A DNA stretch of 32,000 nucleotides from Trichocoleus sp. (GCA_036702865.1 DATNQD010000045.1:1-32000), one strand, 5' to 3'. Shown: positions 20,318 to 31,402, counted from the stretch's first letter. Numbers and translations: made by a program. The notes: generated from the sequence alone by a model not told the origin.

Positions 20318-20560
20318 TTACTTCTCAACAGGGCGAGGAAAGACTTTGAATGAGGCAGGCTTAAGAAAGAGCCAGCTTACGAAAAAGAAAGAAGCAGTCG
20401 AAAGCTGTACAAGATCTAGGGCCGAGAGATAGCCATCTGCAAAAGTAGCAACACCGCGATCGAGGATGCCGAAAACCCAGGAGGACAAGCCTAGTAGCCA
20501 AATACCACTTCTAAGGCTGGTTAGAAATGGAATTAAATCTAATGGGTGCTCAGTATTCAT
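20318..20560 (-). CDS. Possible small membrane protein (80 aa), hypothetical
   Basis: MNTEHPLDLIPFLTSLRSGIWLLGLSSWVFGILDRGVATFADGYLSALDLVQLSTASFFFVSWLFLKPAS has hydrophobic segments and lies in an otherwise ORF-poor gap. No family recognised. Confidence 0.35.
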   Translation of the reverse strand: MNTEHPLDLIPFLTSLRSGIWLLGLSSWVFGILDRGVATFADGYLSALDLVQLSTASFFFVSWLFLKPASFKVFPRPVEK

Positions 20561-20897
20561 GGGTTTACTCCTCTCAGGATAAAAGCGTGAATGAAGTATG
20601 GCTGAGTAGATAAGTTCAAACTGACTGATGCCGTTTCATACATTTTAAGAAATGTGAAACATTCTTGACTATCTGTCCAATTATGTAAGTTTTTCTCGTT
20701 GCTGCCTGTATTCAGGACTACAGCTTGGGGCAGGGAACCTCAGTAGCGAGCACCCAAAAAGAAGTCCATACGAAGTTCATGCACTGCTCCACCGATCGCC
20801 CATCTTCAGCAGAATTTTTTTTAGAAATACTTGCTCAACATTCCACGAATTGCCCCTTCGCCTGAAAGAATAGAGGGAAGGTGAGTGCTGGGAGTAT

Positions 20898-22496
20898 ATG
20901 GTTTACGCGATCGATTTTGGGACAAGCAATACTGTCGTTGTGCGCTGGAATCCGGTGACACAGCAGGCTGAAACGGTGACCTTATCCGAAATTGCCCAAC
21001 GTCTGGCCGAGAATCCGCCGCTCGTTCCCAGTTTGTTGTTTGTAGAAGATGCGAGTCAGGGAAACGTTGTCATTGGACAACAGGTACGCGATCGAGGCTT
21101 AAATCTGGGCAGCAGTTCTCGGTTTTTCCGCAACTTCAAACGCGGCATTGGCACAGAACTTCAGGGATTTTTGCCAGAGTTGGACGATCGTATTGTCACG
21201 TTTGAACAGGTGGGGCAATGGTTTCTCTCTAACGTCATTCAACAACTTCAGGCGAGCGATCCCAATCTTGAATCGCTGGTTTTCACCGTTCCGGTGGATA
21301 GTTTTGAGGCATATCGGCTGTGGCTGACCCAGGTGTGCCAGTCGCTTCAGGTGGAGCAAGTCCGAATGCTCGATGAGCCAACCGCAGCAGCTTTAGGCTA
21401 TGGCTTGCAGAATCAGGGAACGATTTTAGTTGTTGACTTTGGGGGTGGAACGCTGGATATGTCGCTGGTACGGCTAGAAGGCGATAAACGGAACCCCGAA
21501 AAGAAACCATTGGGCTTTTTGCTCAAGTTTGGGCAGAAGGTTTTAGAGGAGTCGGCACAGCGTCCAAAACTGGCACGAGTTTTAGCAAAAGCAGGGCAAA
21601 ATCTGGGTGGTTCTGATATCGATAACTGGATTGTTGATTACTTCACCCAAACTCAGGAACTCGCCTGCACACCCCTGACGCTTCGACTTGCCGAACGCCT
21701 GAAAATTCAGCTTTCCCAACAGACTGAAGCCACTGAAGTTTATTTTAACGACGAAACGTTTGAGAGCTACGAGCTTCAGATGAGCCGCGATCGGTTCAAC
21801 CAACTCCTGACCGAGCACCAGTTTTTCGAGCGCCTGGATGCCTCAATGACCCAGGTCCTTCAGCAGGCACAGCGACAGGGGTTAATCACAAACGAGATCG
21901 ATGCTGTTTTACTGGTCGGTGGAACGGCTCAGATTCCTGCCGTCAAAACCTGGATCGAGCAATATTTTCCTGTGGAAAAGATCCGATCGGACAAACCATT
22001 TGAGGCGATTGCTCAAGGCGCGCTCCAGATTCAGCAGGGCATCGAAGTCAGGGATTACCTCTATCACAGCTACGGCATCCGCTATTGGGATCGGCGAAAT
22101 AACTGTCATGGCTGGCATCCCTTGATCAAGCAAGGACAACCGTACCCAATGGATCGTCCCGTTGAGCTGTTTTTGGGTGCTTCGATCGAAAGCCAGCCCA
22201 GCATTGAGCTGATCATCGGCGAACTCGGACAGGAAACGGGCGCAACTGAAGTCTTTTTTGACGGCGATCGCCTGGTGACTCGGACGGTGAGTGGCGGCAC
22301 ACCCATTGTCAAACCGTTGAACGATCAGGGAGCTGCCCGCACGATCGCTCAACTCAAACCACCCGGATACCCTGGCAGCGATCGAATTAAAGTCTTGTTT
22401 CGGGTTGATGAATCTCGTTTTCTGCGAATCACGGTCGAGGATATTTTGACGGCTGAAACGTTGTTAGACGATCGAGCGGTTGTGCAATTGAGCTGA
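20898..22496 (+). CDS. Hsp70-family (DnaK-like actin-fold ATPase) protein, shorter than canonical DnaK
   Basis: MVYAIDFGTSNTVVVRW, LDEPTAAALGYGLQNQGTILVVDFGGGTLDMSL, AVLLVGGTAQIPAVKTWIEQYF. Confidence 0.9.
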   Translation: MVYAIDFGTSNTVVVRWNPVTQQAETVTLSEIAQRLAENPPLVPSLLFVEDASQGNVVIGQQVRDRGLNLGSSSRFFRNFKRGIGTELQGFLPELDDRIVTFEQVGQWFLSNVIQQLQASDPNLESLVFTVPVDSFEAYRLWLTQVCQSLQVEQVRMLDEPTAAALGYGLQNQGTILVVDFGGGTLDMSLVRLEGDKRNPEKKPLGFLLKFGQKVLEESAQRPKLARVLAKAGQNLGGSDIDNWIVDYFTQTQELACTPLTLRLAERLKIQLSQQTEATEVYFNDETFESYELQMSRDRFNQLLTEHQFFERLDASMTQVLQQAQRQGLITNEIDAVLLVGGTAQIPAVKTWIEQYFPVEKIRSDKPFEAIAQGALQIQQGIEVRDYLYHSYGIRYWDRRNNCHGWHPLIKQGQPYPMDRPVELFLGASIESQPSIELIIGELGQETGATEVFFDGDRLVTRTVSGGTPIVKPLNDQGAARTIAQLKPPGYPGSDRIKVLFRVDESRFLRITVEDILTAETLLDDRAVVQLS

Positions 22497-22512
22497 GGAT
22501 TGAGTTGATGAT

Positions 22513-23070
22513 TTAACGATGCACCACGACTGGAGTGCCGATCGTTGCCCAGTTAAACAACCAGCGAGCATGATCCACTGCAACATTGACGCAGCCATGA
22601 CTGACAGGCGTGCCAAAACTGCGATGCCAATATGCGCCGTGAATGGCATAACCACCGTCGTAGTACATGGTGTAAGGCACATCAGGCACATCATAATCAT
22701 CTCCCTGCATTCGCGTGGTGCGGTGCTTTGACTGGATCTCGAATGCGCCTGGAAGCGTGGGGTGTGCGCTCGTTCCAGTAGAGATGACAACTGCATAAAC
22801 GGGAGTCCGTCCTTCCCAGGCAATCAAGCGTTGGCGGGAGAGATTAACTTCAATCCAGCGAGTTCCGGTTCGCTTAAGCGCAGACATCGCTTGAGTCGTC
22901 GAACTATATGCCTGAACGGAAGCCGGAATCAGAGGAACCGTGACGATCGCCAGACTCAACGCCAAACCCACAATTGTACTGGCAGAAATCGTACTGACAG
23001 AAATCGATCGACGCAACAAAAACCGAGGCAGGGATACCATAAGCGCAAAGCCTCCTGGGGCAATGCCCAA
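22513..23070 (-). CDS. L,D-transpeptidase (YkuD/ErfK family) with N-terminal signal or transmembrane segment
   Basis: [33 protein letters not shown] matches the YkuD catalytic motif (HG...SHGCVN), preceded by a hydrophobic N-terminal segment. Confidence 0.92.
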   Translation of the reverse strand: MGIAPGGFALMVSLPRFLLRRSISVSTISASTIVGLALSLAIVTVPLIPASVQAYSSTTQAMSALKRTGTRWIEVNLSRQRLIAWEGRTPVYAVVISTGTSAHPTLPGAFEIQSKHRTTRMQGDDYDVPDVPYTMYYDGGYAIHGAYWHRSFGTPVSHGCVNVAVDHARWLFNWATIGTPVVVHR

Positions 23071-23246
23071 CTCTCTTTTTAGAATAATTTCGATAAGGTA
23101 AAAAAAGTAGCTCGAGAACTCCGAGATACAAAAAGAATCGTGAAGTGACTGGAGTTCAATCTTTTTGAAGATAGATGCCTTTTTTGGCTACAAAAGCATG
23201 ACTGTCAATTCCAGAAATCTGAATAAATCGCGTTAGAGTCAAAGGA

Positions 23247-24434
23247 ATGTCGATCGATCAGAGCTTTATGAACCAGGAATCTTTGCGAATGCAGGTCGTT
23301 CAGTCTCCCATCATTCCGATCGTTGGGGAACTGATTCGCAATCATCCGGGCACTATTTCACTCGGTCAGGGTGTGGTGTATTATGGGCCACCAGCGCAGG
23401 CGATCGAACAGATCAGCGAATTTTTGGCTCATCCTAATAATCATAAGTATCAATCGATCGAGGGGATTCCATCGCTTCAGGAAGCCATCAAAACCAAACT
23501 AAAAACTGATAATCATATTGCAATTACTGAGGCAAATCGGATTGTTGTCACCGCAGGCAGCAATATGGGATTTATGAATGCGCTGCTAGCGATCGCTGAT
23601 CCAGGTGATGAAGTGATTTTGCAAACGCCTTATTACTTCAACCATGAAATGGCGATTATGATGGCAAACTGTCATCCAGTGATGGTTCCTACTGATGAAA
23701 ACTATCAGCTTTCGGTCGAGCGGATCAAACAAGCCATTACGCCGAAGACTAAAGCGATCGTTACCATCTCACCGAACAACCCAACAGGAGCCGTTTATCC
23801 AGAAGCTGCTTTACGTGAAGTGAACGCAATCTGTCGAGAAAGAGGCATTTATCACATCACAGATGAAGCCTACGAGTATTTTACTTATGATGGCGTTTCT
23901 CATTTCTCTCCGGGTTCAATTCCTGATAGTGAGCCATATACAATCTCATTGTTTAGCTTGTCTAAAGCCTATGGTTTTGCAAGTTGGCGCATTGGCTATA
24001 TGGTGATTCCAGAACATCTCTATACAGCGGTCAAAAAGATTCAGGATACGATCGTCATTTGCGCTTCTGTGGTTTCTCAGTATGCAGCAGTTGGAGCATT
24101 ACAGGTCGGCGCAGATTATTGTCGAGAAAAGTTAGCAACAATTGCTCAAGTGCGTCAAATTTGCCTTAAGGAACTTTCTACAATTCAAGATATTTGTACG
24201 ATTCCGCCAGCAACAGGAGCATTCTATTTTTTGCTGAAGTTACATACACCACTGATTCCTATGACTGTAATTGAGCAATTAGTGAAAGAGTATCAGGTGG
24301 CTGCGCTTCCCGGCTCTGCTTTTGGTTTAACCGATGGCTGTTATTTACGAATTGGTTATGGTGCACTGCAACCTAAAACTGCCGCTGAGGGAATGCGACG
24401 ATTAGTCCAGGGAATTCGGGCGATCGTGGGGTAG
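23247..24434 (+). CDS. Class I/II PLP-dependent aminotransferase
   Basis: HPGTISLGQGVVYYGPP, VTAGSNMGFMNALLAIADPGDEVILQTPYYFNHEM, TISPNNPTGAVYPEAAL, SLSKAYGFASWRIGYMVIP (PLP lysine motif). Confidence 0.93.
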   Translation: MSIDQSFMNQESLRMQVVQSPIIPIVGELIRNHPGTISLGQGVVYYGPPAQAIEQISEFLAHPNNHKYQSIEGIPSLQEAIKTKLKTDNHIAITEANRIVVTAGSNMGFMNALLAIADPGDEVILQTPYYFNHEMAIMMANCHPVMVPTDENYQLSVERIKQAITPKTKAIVTISPNNPTGAVYPEAALREVNAICRERGIYHITDEAYEYFTYDGVSHFSPGSIPDSEPYTISLFSLSKAYGFASWRIGYMVIPEHLYTAVKKIQDTIVICASVVSQYAAVGALQVGADYCREKLATIAQVRQICLKELSTIQDICTIPPATGAFYFLLKLHTPLIPMTVIEQLVKEYQVAALPGSAFGLTDGCYLRIGYGALQPKTAAEGMRRLVQGIRAIVG

Positions 24435-24534
24435 AGATCAATTGAATTCTGATCGATTACATTCTGATAGTCTGTTTTCGGTTGGGCTGAATCGAAGGAC
24501 GTCTTGAAATTATCTTGTTCTCGCAAAAATTTAA

Positions 24535-26010
<1,476 letters not shown>

Positions 26011-26028
26011 AGAAATCCTTCTGTTTTC

Positions 26029-29000
26029 TCAAGGATTACAGATCTGTCGATCGCTTTCTTTTAGCCTGGGATTCGTTTTGAGGTAGTCGTGCAGCTGCTC
26101 GCACCCTTGCTGCAATAAGTTAGGCAGATTGAGATCCCAAACAATCACATTTCCTGCTTCATCACCACTAATGAGTTTGCGATCGTCAGCGCTAAATTCA
26201 ACGCTATTGATCCGGCTACGATGCCCTAAGAGTGTTTTAAGCAGCGTTCCATCTGCCATTGACCAAAGCTTAATTGTGCCATCGGCGCTACTCGAAGCCA
26301 GCGTTCTACCATTCGCACTAAAGTCTAAGCTAACGACACCCCCCTGATGACCGACAAACGATCGGAATGGCGTTGCACCAATATGCTGATCTTTGACCCG
26401 CCACAGTTGAATAGTGTTATCCCAACGGGCAACCGCTAGAACTGTCCCTTCAGGATTGAAGCGAATAGAAGCAACAGCAGAGGGCTGATCGATCGTTTGT
26501 AAAAGTGTGCCATCAAGACGCCAGAGTTTGAGGGTATTGTCATAACTGCCGGATGCCAAAGTTTGCCCATCGGGACTGAAAGTAATCGAGGTGATACCAT
26601 CTGTATGCCCGGTTAAGGTGGTTTGCAACCAACCGTCTAGTTGCCAGAGCTTAATGGTTTTGTCGTTGCTGCCAGTTGCGATCGTCTGACCCTTTGGGTT
26701 GAAGGCAATCCTAGTAACTCCATCTCGATGTCCGGTGAATGTGGTCAGCAACGCTCCATCTGAAACGCGCCAAAGTTTTGCCTGATTGTCCCATCCGGCA
26801 GAAGCTAAGAGGCGATCGTCTGGGCTGAATTGAATCTCTGAAACGGTTGATTTGTGTGCTTGCAGCCGCCGGACTAAGCGACTTGGGGTATTCTGCACCG
26901 TATGCCAGATCTCGATCGTACCGTTCCAACCTGCCGTGGCAAATGTGCGATCCCCCTCTGGGATTGTTGGCAGCGAAGGACTCCATTGGGCACTGTAAAT
27001 GCTGCCTCCCTGCTGTAAAGGCTGGTTGTTTCCGGTCTTCCAAAGTCGGATCGTTTTGTCTGCACTGGCAGAGGCAAGCTGGCTTCCATCTGGGCTGAAT
27101 TGAATGCTCGAAATCTCGCCGCCATGCCCTTCAAAGGTTTGTTGCAGCAGACCCGCACGATTCCAGAAATCAATCCGACCATTGGCACTCGCTGCTGCGA
27201 TCGTTTGTCCATCCGGGCTAAACCTGACACCATTCACTAAGGCTGATTGTGTTTGTCCAGACGGCAAGACTTGAGAAGTACCGTTTGCCAAATTCCAAAC
27301 CCGAACTGCATGACCACTCGCAGAAACGAGTCGTTGATTATCGGGACTGAACGCAACACTCGTGACTCGATCGCCTGATCCGTTCAAAATACGAATCAAG
27401 ACGCCATCTTGCCGCCAGATCCGAATCGTTTTATCTTCACTGGCAGAAGCAATCTGTCCGTTTGAGCCAAAGCTGACCTGATTCACCCATCCTTGATGCC
27501 CTGCCAAAGTCTTGATCAGCGTTCCATCTAATCTCCACAGTTTGAGGGTACGATCGCGGCTTGCAGAAACGATCGTTCTACCATCTGGGCTAAAGGCAAC
27601 ACTCGTGACCCAATCTTGATGTCCGACTAGACTCTGTTGCAGCTTCACATCACCTGTTGCAGGGTCAAAACCCCAGAGTTTGATGGTTTTGTCTGCACTG
27701 GCAGAAGCAATGGTATTGCCATCCGGACTGAAGGCAACGGAGGTCACGCGATCGTCATGTGCGGTCAGCGTGTTGAGGAGGCTGCCATCTCGTCGCCAAA
27801 GCGCGATCGTCTTATCATCACTGGCTGACGCGAGAAATTGACCACTAGGGCTAAAACTGACTGCGTTCACCTGTTGTGTATGATGTTCGAGCCGATTTCG
27901 CTCTTGGGTATTGTAAAGCGCCTGCTGCATCGTGCTGGTGACGATCGTTTGGGTATCTGTCCAGGTTGGAGCGCCAATTAACCATTTCCCCAGTCCGCCA
28001 ATCTGTTGAAACTGCTGTGCCGCCTTTACGCCACTGAGGAGAGATTCAAGCTGTTGATTCGACCATAAAAGTGCTTCTGAAGAAGCATCTAATGCTGCAA
28101 TGTTTTCAATTTGTGCTGTCAGTTTTTGCTTATAAGCGAGTCCTCCTAGCCCCAAAGCAACCAACCCTAAAGCGCCAATCAGAGCAGCCGCAATTTGTGC
28201 CCGTCTGAGGCGTTGTTGCGCCTGACGCTGTTCTTGCTGCCGAGCCTCTAAGCAAGCTTCGATAAACCGCTGAACTGGCTCAGACAATTCGTCTGTGTAT
28301 TTCACGTAGAGTTCTTCTGCTTCGGCAAGGCGCACTCCCCGTAGGAGAAAATCAGGCTGTTGTCCTCGCTGCATCCAGAGCTGTGCTGATTGTTCGAGCT
28401 GCCGCTGTAAGTGGAGTCGGGCCCGGTTTTCGTCTAGCCACCAGCGCAAGGTTGACCAGTGACGAATCAGGATCTCGTGAGCCACCTCGATCGTGATATC
28501 CGCAGCAGAGAGGGAAGACGGAGAGGAAGGAAGGGCAGAAGCGGATTGAATTTCTGTGCCTTGTTGTCTGTTGCCTTGCTTCTCCTCGTTTTGAGACTGT
28601 TGATTTTCTCCTCGACTTTGTCCTGAAATCCCCTGTCCTGAAATACTTTCTTCTTCCAGGTTAACAACAAGCAGTTTCGCTGCCGTCAGAACTTGTAACG
28701 TGCGCTCAACCAAAGGAGCCGGATATTTCGCAACCACTAAGCTGGACTTGAGGACACGCCGACGGGTATCTTCTGTACCTTCTCCTAGCTGAGTGAGGGT
28801 AAGAAAAATCCATTGGGCACAGGCTTGAGCCTCTGGATCCAAGCTGTCATAGGCTGCCTGCGCTTGCCGTTCTAAGGCTCCCTTGAGTCCCCCAATTTGC
28901 TGGTAACTCTGCAACGTGAGCTTGCTGCCCTGACGCTGTTGCCAAAGCTGCTCTAGAACGAATTGCAGCAGCGGTAAATCCCCAGCCGAGTGGTTCAGTT

Positions 29001-31371
29001 CAGACAACAACACTTCCGCCAACCCCGACTCAATTTGCAGACCTACTTGTTCAGCAGGATGAACGATCGCCTGACGGTAACTCTCCTCTGTGAGATAAGG
29101 CGGAACCAGAACACTAGACTGCTGTAAAATCTTCGCTAATTCAGGAATTTCTAAACAGGGAGCGATAAAGTCTGCTCGTAATGTCAACACAAGCTTGAAG
29201 CGATCGCTTGCATAGGTTACGGCTCCGATCAAGAGTTCCAAAAAGCGATCTCGATCGATAGGTGCTGCCAGTGTAAAGAGTTCCTCAAACTGATCGATGA
29301 CAAAAACGACCAGCGGTTCGGGGCGCGATCGTAGCCACTGCACCAATCCTTCAACCCCTTGATATAGCAGTCCTTCAATCTGTAACTGCTGGTAAGCACG
29401 TTCTTTTTCTGTGCCCGGATCAACCAAACGACGCGACAACGATTTGACAGGTTCAGCGCCCGGTTGGAAGCAACCGATCCACCAATGCTGGCTACCCGGC
29501 AACTGCTTGCCCTGCCGTAACTGAGTCATCAATCCGGCTTGTACCACAGAAGATTTGCCGCTGCCTGAAGCACCCACCACCGCTAAACAAGAGCGATGTC
29601 TCAGTTCATCAACCAGTGTTTGAGTCAACGATTCTCGCCCATAGAAATATTGAGCATTTTCTTCAGCGAACGCTCTCAGCCCCATATAGGGACACAGCCC
29701 TAAATCCAATTCCTCAAAAGGCTTCGCTGCCTTTGCCCCCATTCGTCCCGGTAAAACTTCAATCACGCCTTGCGACCCGGATAGCCAAACTTGAGGCTCG
29801 GTCGCGGTTCCAGCCAGATAAACCTGTAATTGAGCAATCCAGGCAGCGATCGGCAAGCCGGCTTGAGGGTCAGTTTGTTGTAGGGTTTCGAGCAGGGCTT
29901 GCGTAAATTGCTCGGATTGGGCGATCGGTGAAGCAGCAGCAATGATACATTGACCGCGATCGGAGCCGATTTGCAAATCTTCGACCCAAGTGCTGAGAGA
30001 AGTTGCGCCCGGACAATCGAAGAGGAGGATTTGCTGTGCCATACGAGACTGGCGCAAAACCTGCCGTAGCCAAGAGCGACTAAGCTGTACCCCATCGCCT
30101 AACACCAACCAGGCTTCACCGTCTGGTGTCTCTTCAACTCGTCCTCGTAAATAGAGCAGAGCAGTTGTCGTGGCTTGTGGCAGCGAAGCAGAAAAGAAGT
30201 TTGTCGATCGCTCTCTATCCTTGCTATTCCAGGTTTCAATGTCCCGTGGTGTGGCTTGATCATTCCCATCAGCTTCACTCTGGCAACCCAAACAGTCTAA
30301 AATTGCTTGCCGAATCTCTGACCAGGCTTTACCAGGACGAGGGAAATACTCTAATTCAAAGCCCCCTGAACTTCGCAGCACTTTACCCAACGACAGCGTT
30401 TCCTGCCCACTGGGTATGCCTTCAACCACAAGTGCCCGACGAAGCGAAAAAGATGGGACGGTGGGCGATCGCACCCCTAACACTAATTCTCCTACCCCTT
30501 CGACAATTCGCTTCGGGGTTTGTAGCGGAAACTCTGACTGAAGCTGACGATCGCCTCGGCTGCTTTTTTGCTGATTTACTAAGCGAATTTGTTGATTGGT
30601 CTTGTCAATATATTGCAGCGTTTGATGATAGACGTATTTGTATAACGTATCTGCCTCAATCAAGCCCTGAGCATCGATCGCCTCACCCCGTAGCCCGTGC
30701 ATCAAGTAATAGGTAAACACGCCATGCCCCAGTTCGGGGAACTCCCAGGACTGTTGATTTTGGTCGCAGGACAGCAGCGCATAAAAGCCTTTGCTCTGTG
30801 CCGCCCGTTGCCGCAGGACTTCAATGAGTTGAGAAGTTGGGTTGAGAAGGGGAGCTGGATCTGTTTTGCTTCTGGCTCCTTTCAACGTCATGCCGCCACT
30901 ATGACAGGCATCAAGCCAAACAAGCTGTTGGTGTGCAGCACAATTGCTAAGATGTTGCAGCAGTTCTTGTAAGGGTAGCCCGGTCTGCAATAAACTTTCT
31001 TGCTGCGTGTCTGCTAAACAAAGAACGGCTTGCTGATTATTTGCGCCTAGAGTGCCATGCCCTGAAAAGTAGATGAGAACCGTATCTTGAGGCTGTGCTG
31101 CCTGGGTAATGTATTGCAGGCTGGCCCGGACGTTTGCTCCAGTGGGGGGGCGATCGGCAAAATCATGATGGATTCTGACTTCCTTTTTGGGAAAAGCCTG
31201 AGTTGCGACGGTGAGTGCGTCACTTAACCCCTGGCAATCGAGGGCAGGGTAACGCAAGGTGGGCAGGCTTGGCTCCTGGTACTGGTTCACCCCAACCAGG
31301 AGCATCCAAAGTTGAGCACTGCCTGTTTCTAAAGCATATGTGGAGCGACTCGTGCCAATGGTAGTGGGCAT
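26029..31371 (-). CDS. Caspase-like (peptidase C14) + degenerate caspase-like + STAND P-loop ATPase + transmembrane helix + 14 WD40 repeats, 1780 aa
   Basis: Caspase motifs DTVLIYFSGHG (His105) and QLVWLDACHSGG (Cys156). Second copy-like segment TTALLYLRGRV...QQILLFDCPGA. Conserved PYMGLRAFAEENAQYFYGRESLTQTLVDEL followed by Walker A VVGASGSGKSSVVQAG and VVFVIDQFEELFTL. Hydrophobic IAAALIGALGLVALGLGGLAY, then 14 WD-type repeats (e.g. GHTDGITSITFSPDGQTLASGSYDNTLKLW). Confidence 0.93.
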   Translation of the reverse strand: MPTTIGTSRSTYALETGSAQLWMLLVGVNQYQEPSLPTLRYPALDCQGLSDALTVATQAFPKKEVRIHHDFADRPPTGANVRASLQYITQAAQPQDTVLIYFSGHGTLGANNQQAVLCLADTQQESLLQTGLPLQELLQHLSNCAAHQQLVWLDACHSGGMTLKGARSKTDPAPLLNPTSQLIEVLRQRAAQSKGFYALLSCDQNQQSWEFPELGHGVFTYYLMHGLRGEAIDAQGLIEADTLYKYVYHQTLQYIDKTNQQIRLVNQQKSSRGDRQLQSEFPLQTPKRIVEGVGELVLGVRSPTVPSFSLRRALVVEGIPSGQETLSLGKVLRSSGGFELEYFPRPGKAWSEIRQAILDCLGCQSEADGNDQATPRDIETWNSKDRERSTNFFSASLPQATTTALLYLRGRVEETPDGEAWLVLGDGVQLSRSWLRQVLRQSRMAQQILLFDCPGATSLSTWVEDLQIGSDRGQCIIAAASPIAQSEQFTQALLETLQQTDPQAGLPIAAWIAQLQVYLAGTATEPQVWLSGSQGVIEVLPGRMGAKAAKPFEELDLGLCPYMGLRAFAEENAQYFYGRESLTQTLVDELRHRSCLAVVGASGSGKSSVVQAGLMTQLRQGKQLPGSQHWWIGCFQPGAEPVKSLSRRLVDPGTEKERAYQQLQIEGLLYQGVEGLVQWLRSRPEPLVVFVIDQFEELFTLAAPIDRDRFLELLIGAVTYASDRFKLVLTLRADFIAPCLEIPELAKILQQSSVLVPPYLTEESYRQAIVHPAEQVGLQIESGLAEVLLSELNHSAGDLPLLQFVLEQLWQQRQGSKLTLQSYQQIGGLKGALERQAQAAYDSLDPEAQACAQWIFLTLTQLGEGTEDTRRRVLKSSLVVAKYPAPLVERTLQVLTAAKLLVVNLEEESISGQGISGQSRGENQQSQNEEKQGNRQQGTEIQSASALPSSPSSLSAADITIEVAHEILIRHWSTLRWWLDENRARLHLQRQLEQSAQLWMQRGQQPDFLLRGVRLAEAEELYVKYTDELSEPVQRFIEACLEARQQEQRQAQQRLRRAQIAAALIGALGLVALGLGGLAYKQKLTAQIENIAALDASSEALLWSNQQLESLLSGVKAAQQFQQIGGLGKWLIGAPTWTDTQTIVTSTMQQALYNTQERNRLEHHTQQVNAVSFSPSGQFLASASDDKTIALWRRDGSLLNTLTAHDDRVTSVAFSPDGNTIASASADKTIKLWGFDPATGDVKLQQSLVGHQDWVTSVAFSPDGRTIVSASRDRTLKLWRLDGTLIKTLAGHQGWVNQVSFGSNGQIASASEDKTIRIWRQDGVLIRILNGSGDRVTSVAFSPDNQRLVSASGHAVRVWNLANGTSQVLPSGQTQSALVNGVRFSPDGQTIAAASANGRIDFWNRAGLLQQTFEGHGGEISSIQFSPDGSQLASASADKTIRLWKTGNNQPLQQGGSIYSAQWSPSLPTIPEGDRTFATAGWNGTIEIWHTVQNTPSRLVRRLQAHKSTVSEIQFSPDDRLLASAGWDNQAKLWRVSDGALLTTFTGHRDGVTRIAFNPKGQTIATGSNDKTIKLWQLDGWLQTTLTGHTDGITSITFSPDGQTLASGSYDNTLKLWRLDGTLLQTIDQPSAVASIRFNPEGTVLAVARWDNTIQLWRVKDQHIGATPFRSFVGHQGGVVSLDFSANGRTLASSSADGTIKLWSMADGTLLKTLLGHRSRINSVEFSADDRKLISGDEAGNVIVWDLNLPNLLQQGCEQLHDYLKTNPRLKESDRQICNP

Positions 31372-31402
31372 TGGTTTGACCTGAGTGTAAGACCAAAATC
31401 TC

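Noticed and set aside
22762-23082. Plus-strand 106-aa ORF antisense to the L,D-transpeptidase
   Set aside because: Its Arg/Asn-rich translation is typical of antisense to a signal peptide and YkuD domain.
26014-26037. Hairpin AATCCTT...AAGGATT as a terminator between the beta-glucosidase and caspase-STAND genes
   Set aside because: The 7-bp AT-rich stem has a 10-nt loop, overlaps the caspase-STAND stop codon and has no clear U-tract. It is too weak to call.
29616-30972. Plus-strand ORFs within the caspase-STAND gene (29616..29906, 30126..30716, 30697..30972)
   Set aside because: The 1780-aa opposite frame is continuous and carries domain motifs; the antisense frames are by-products.
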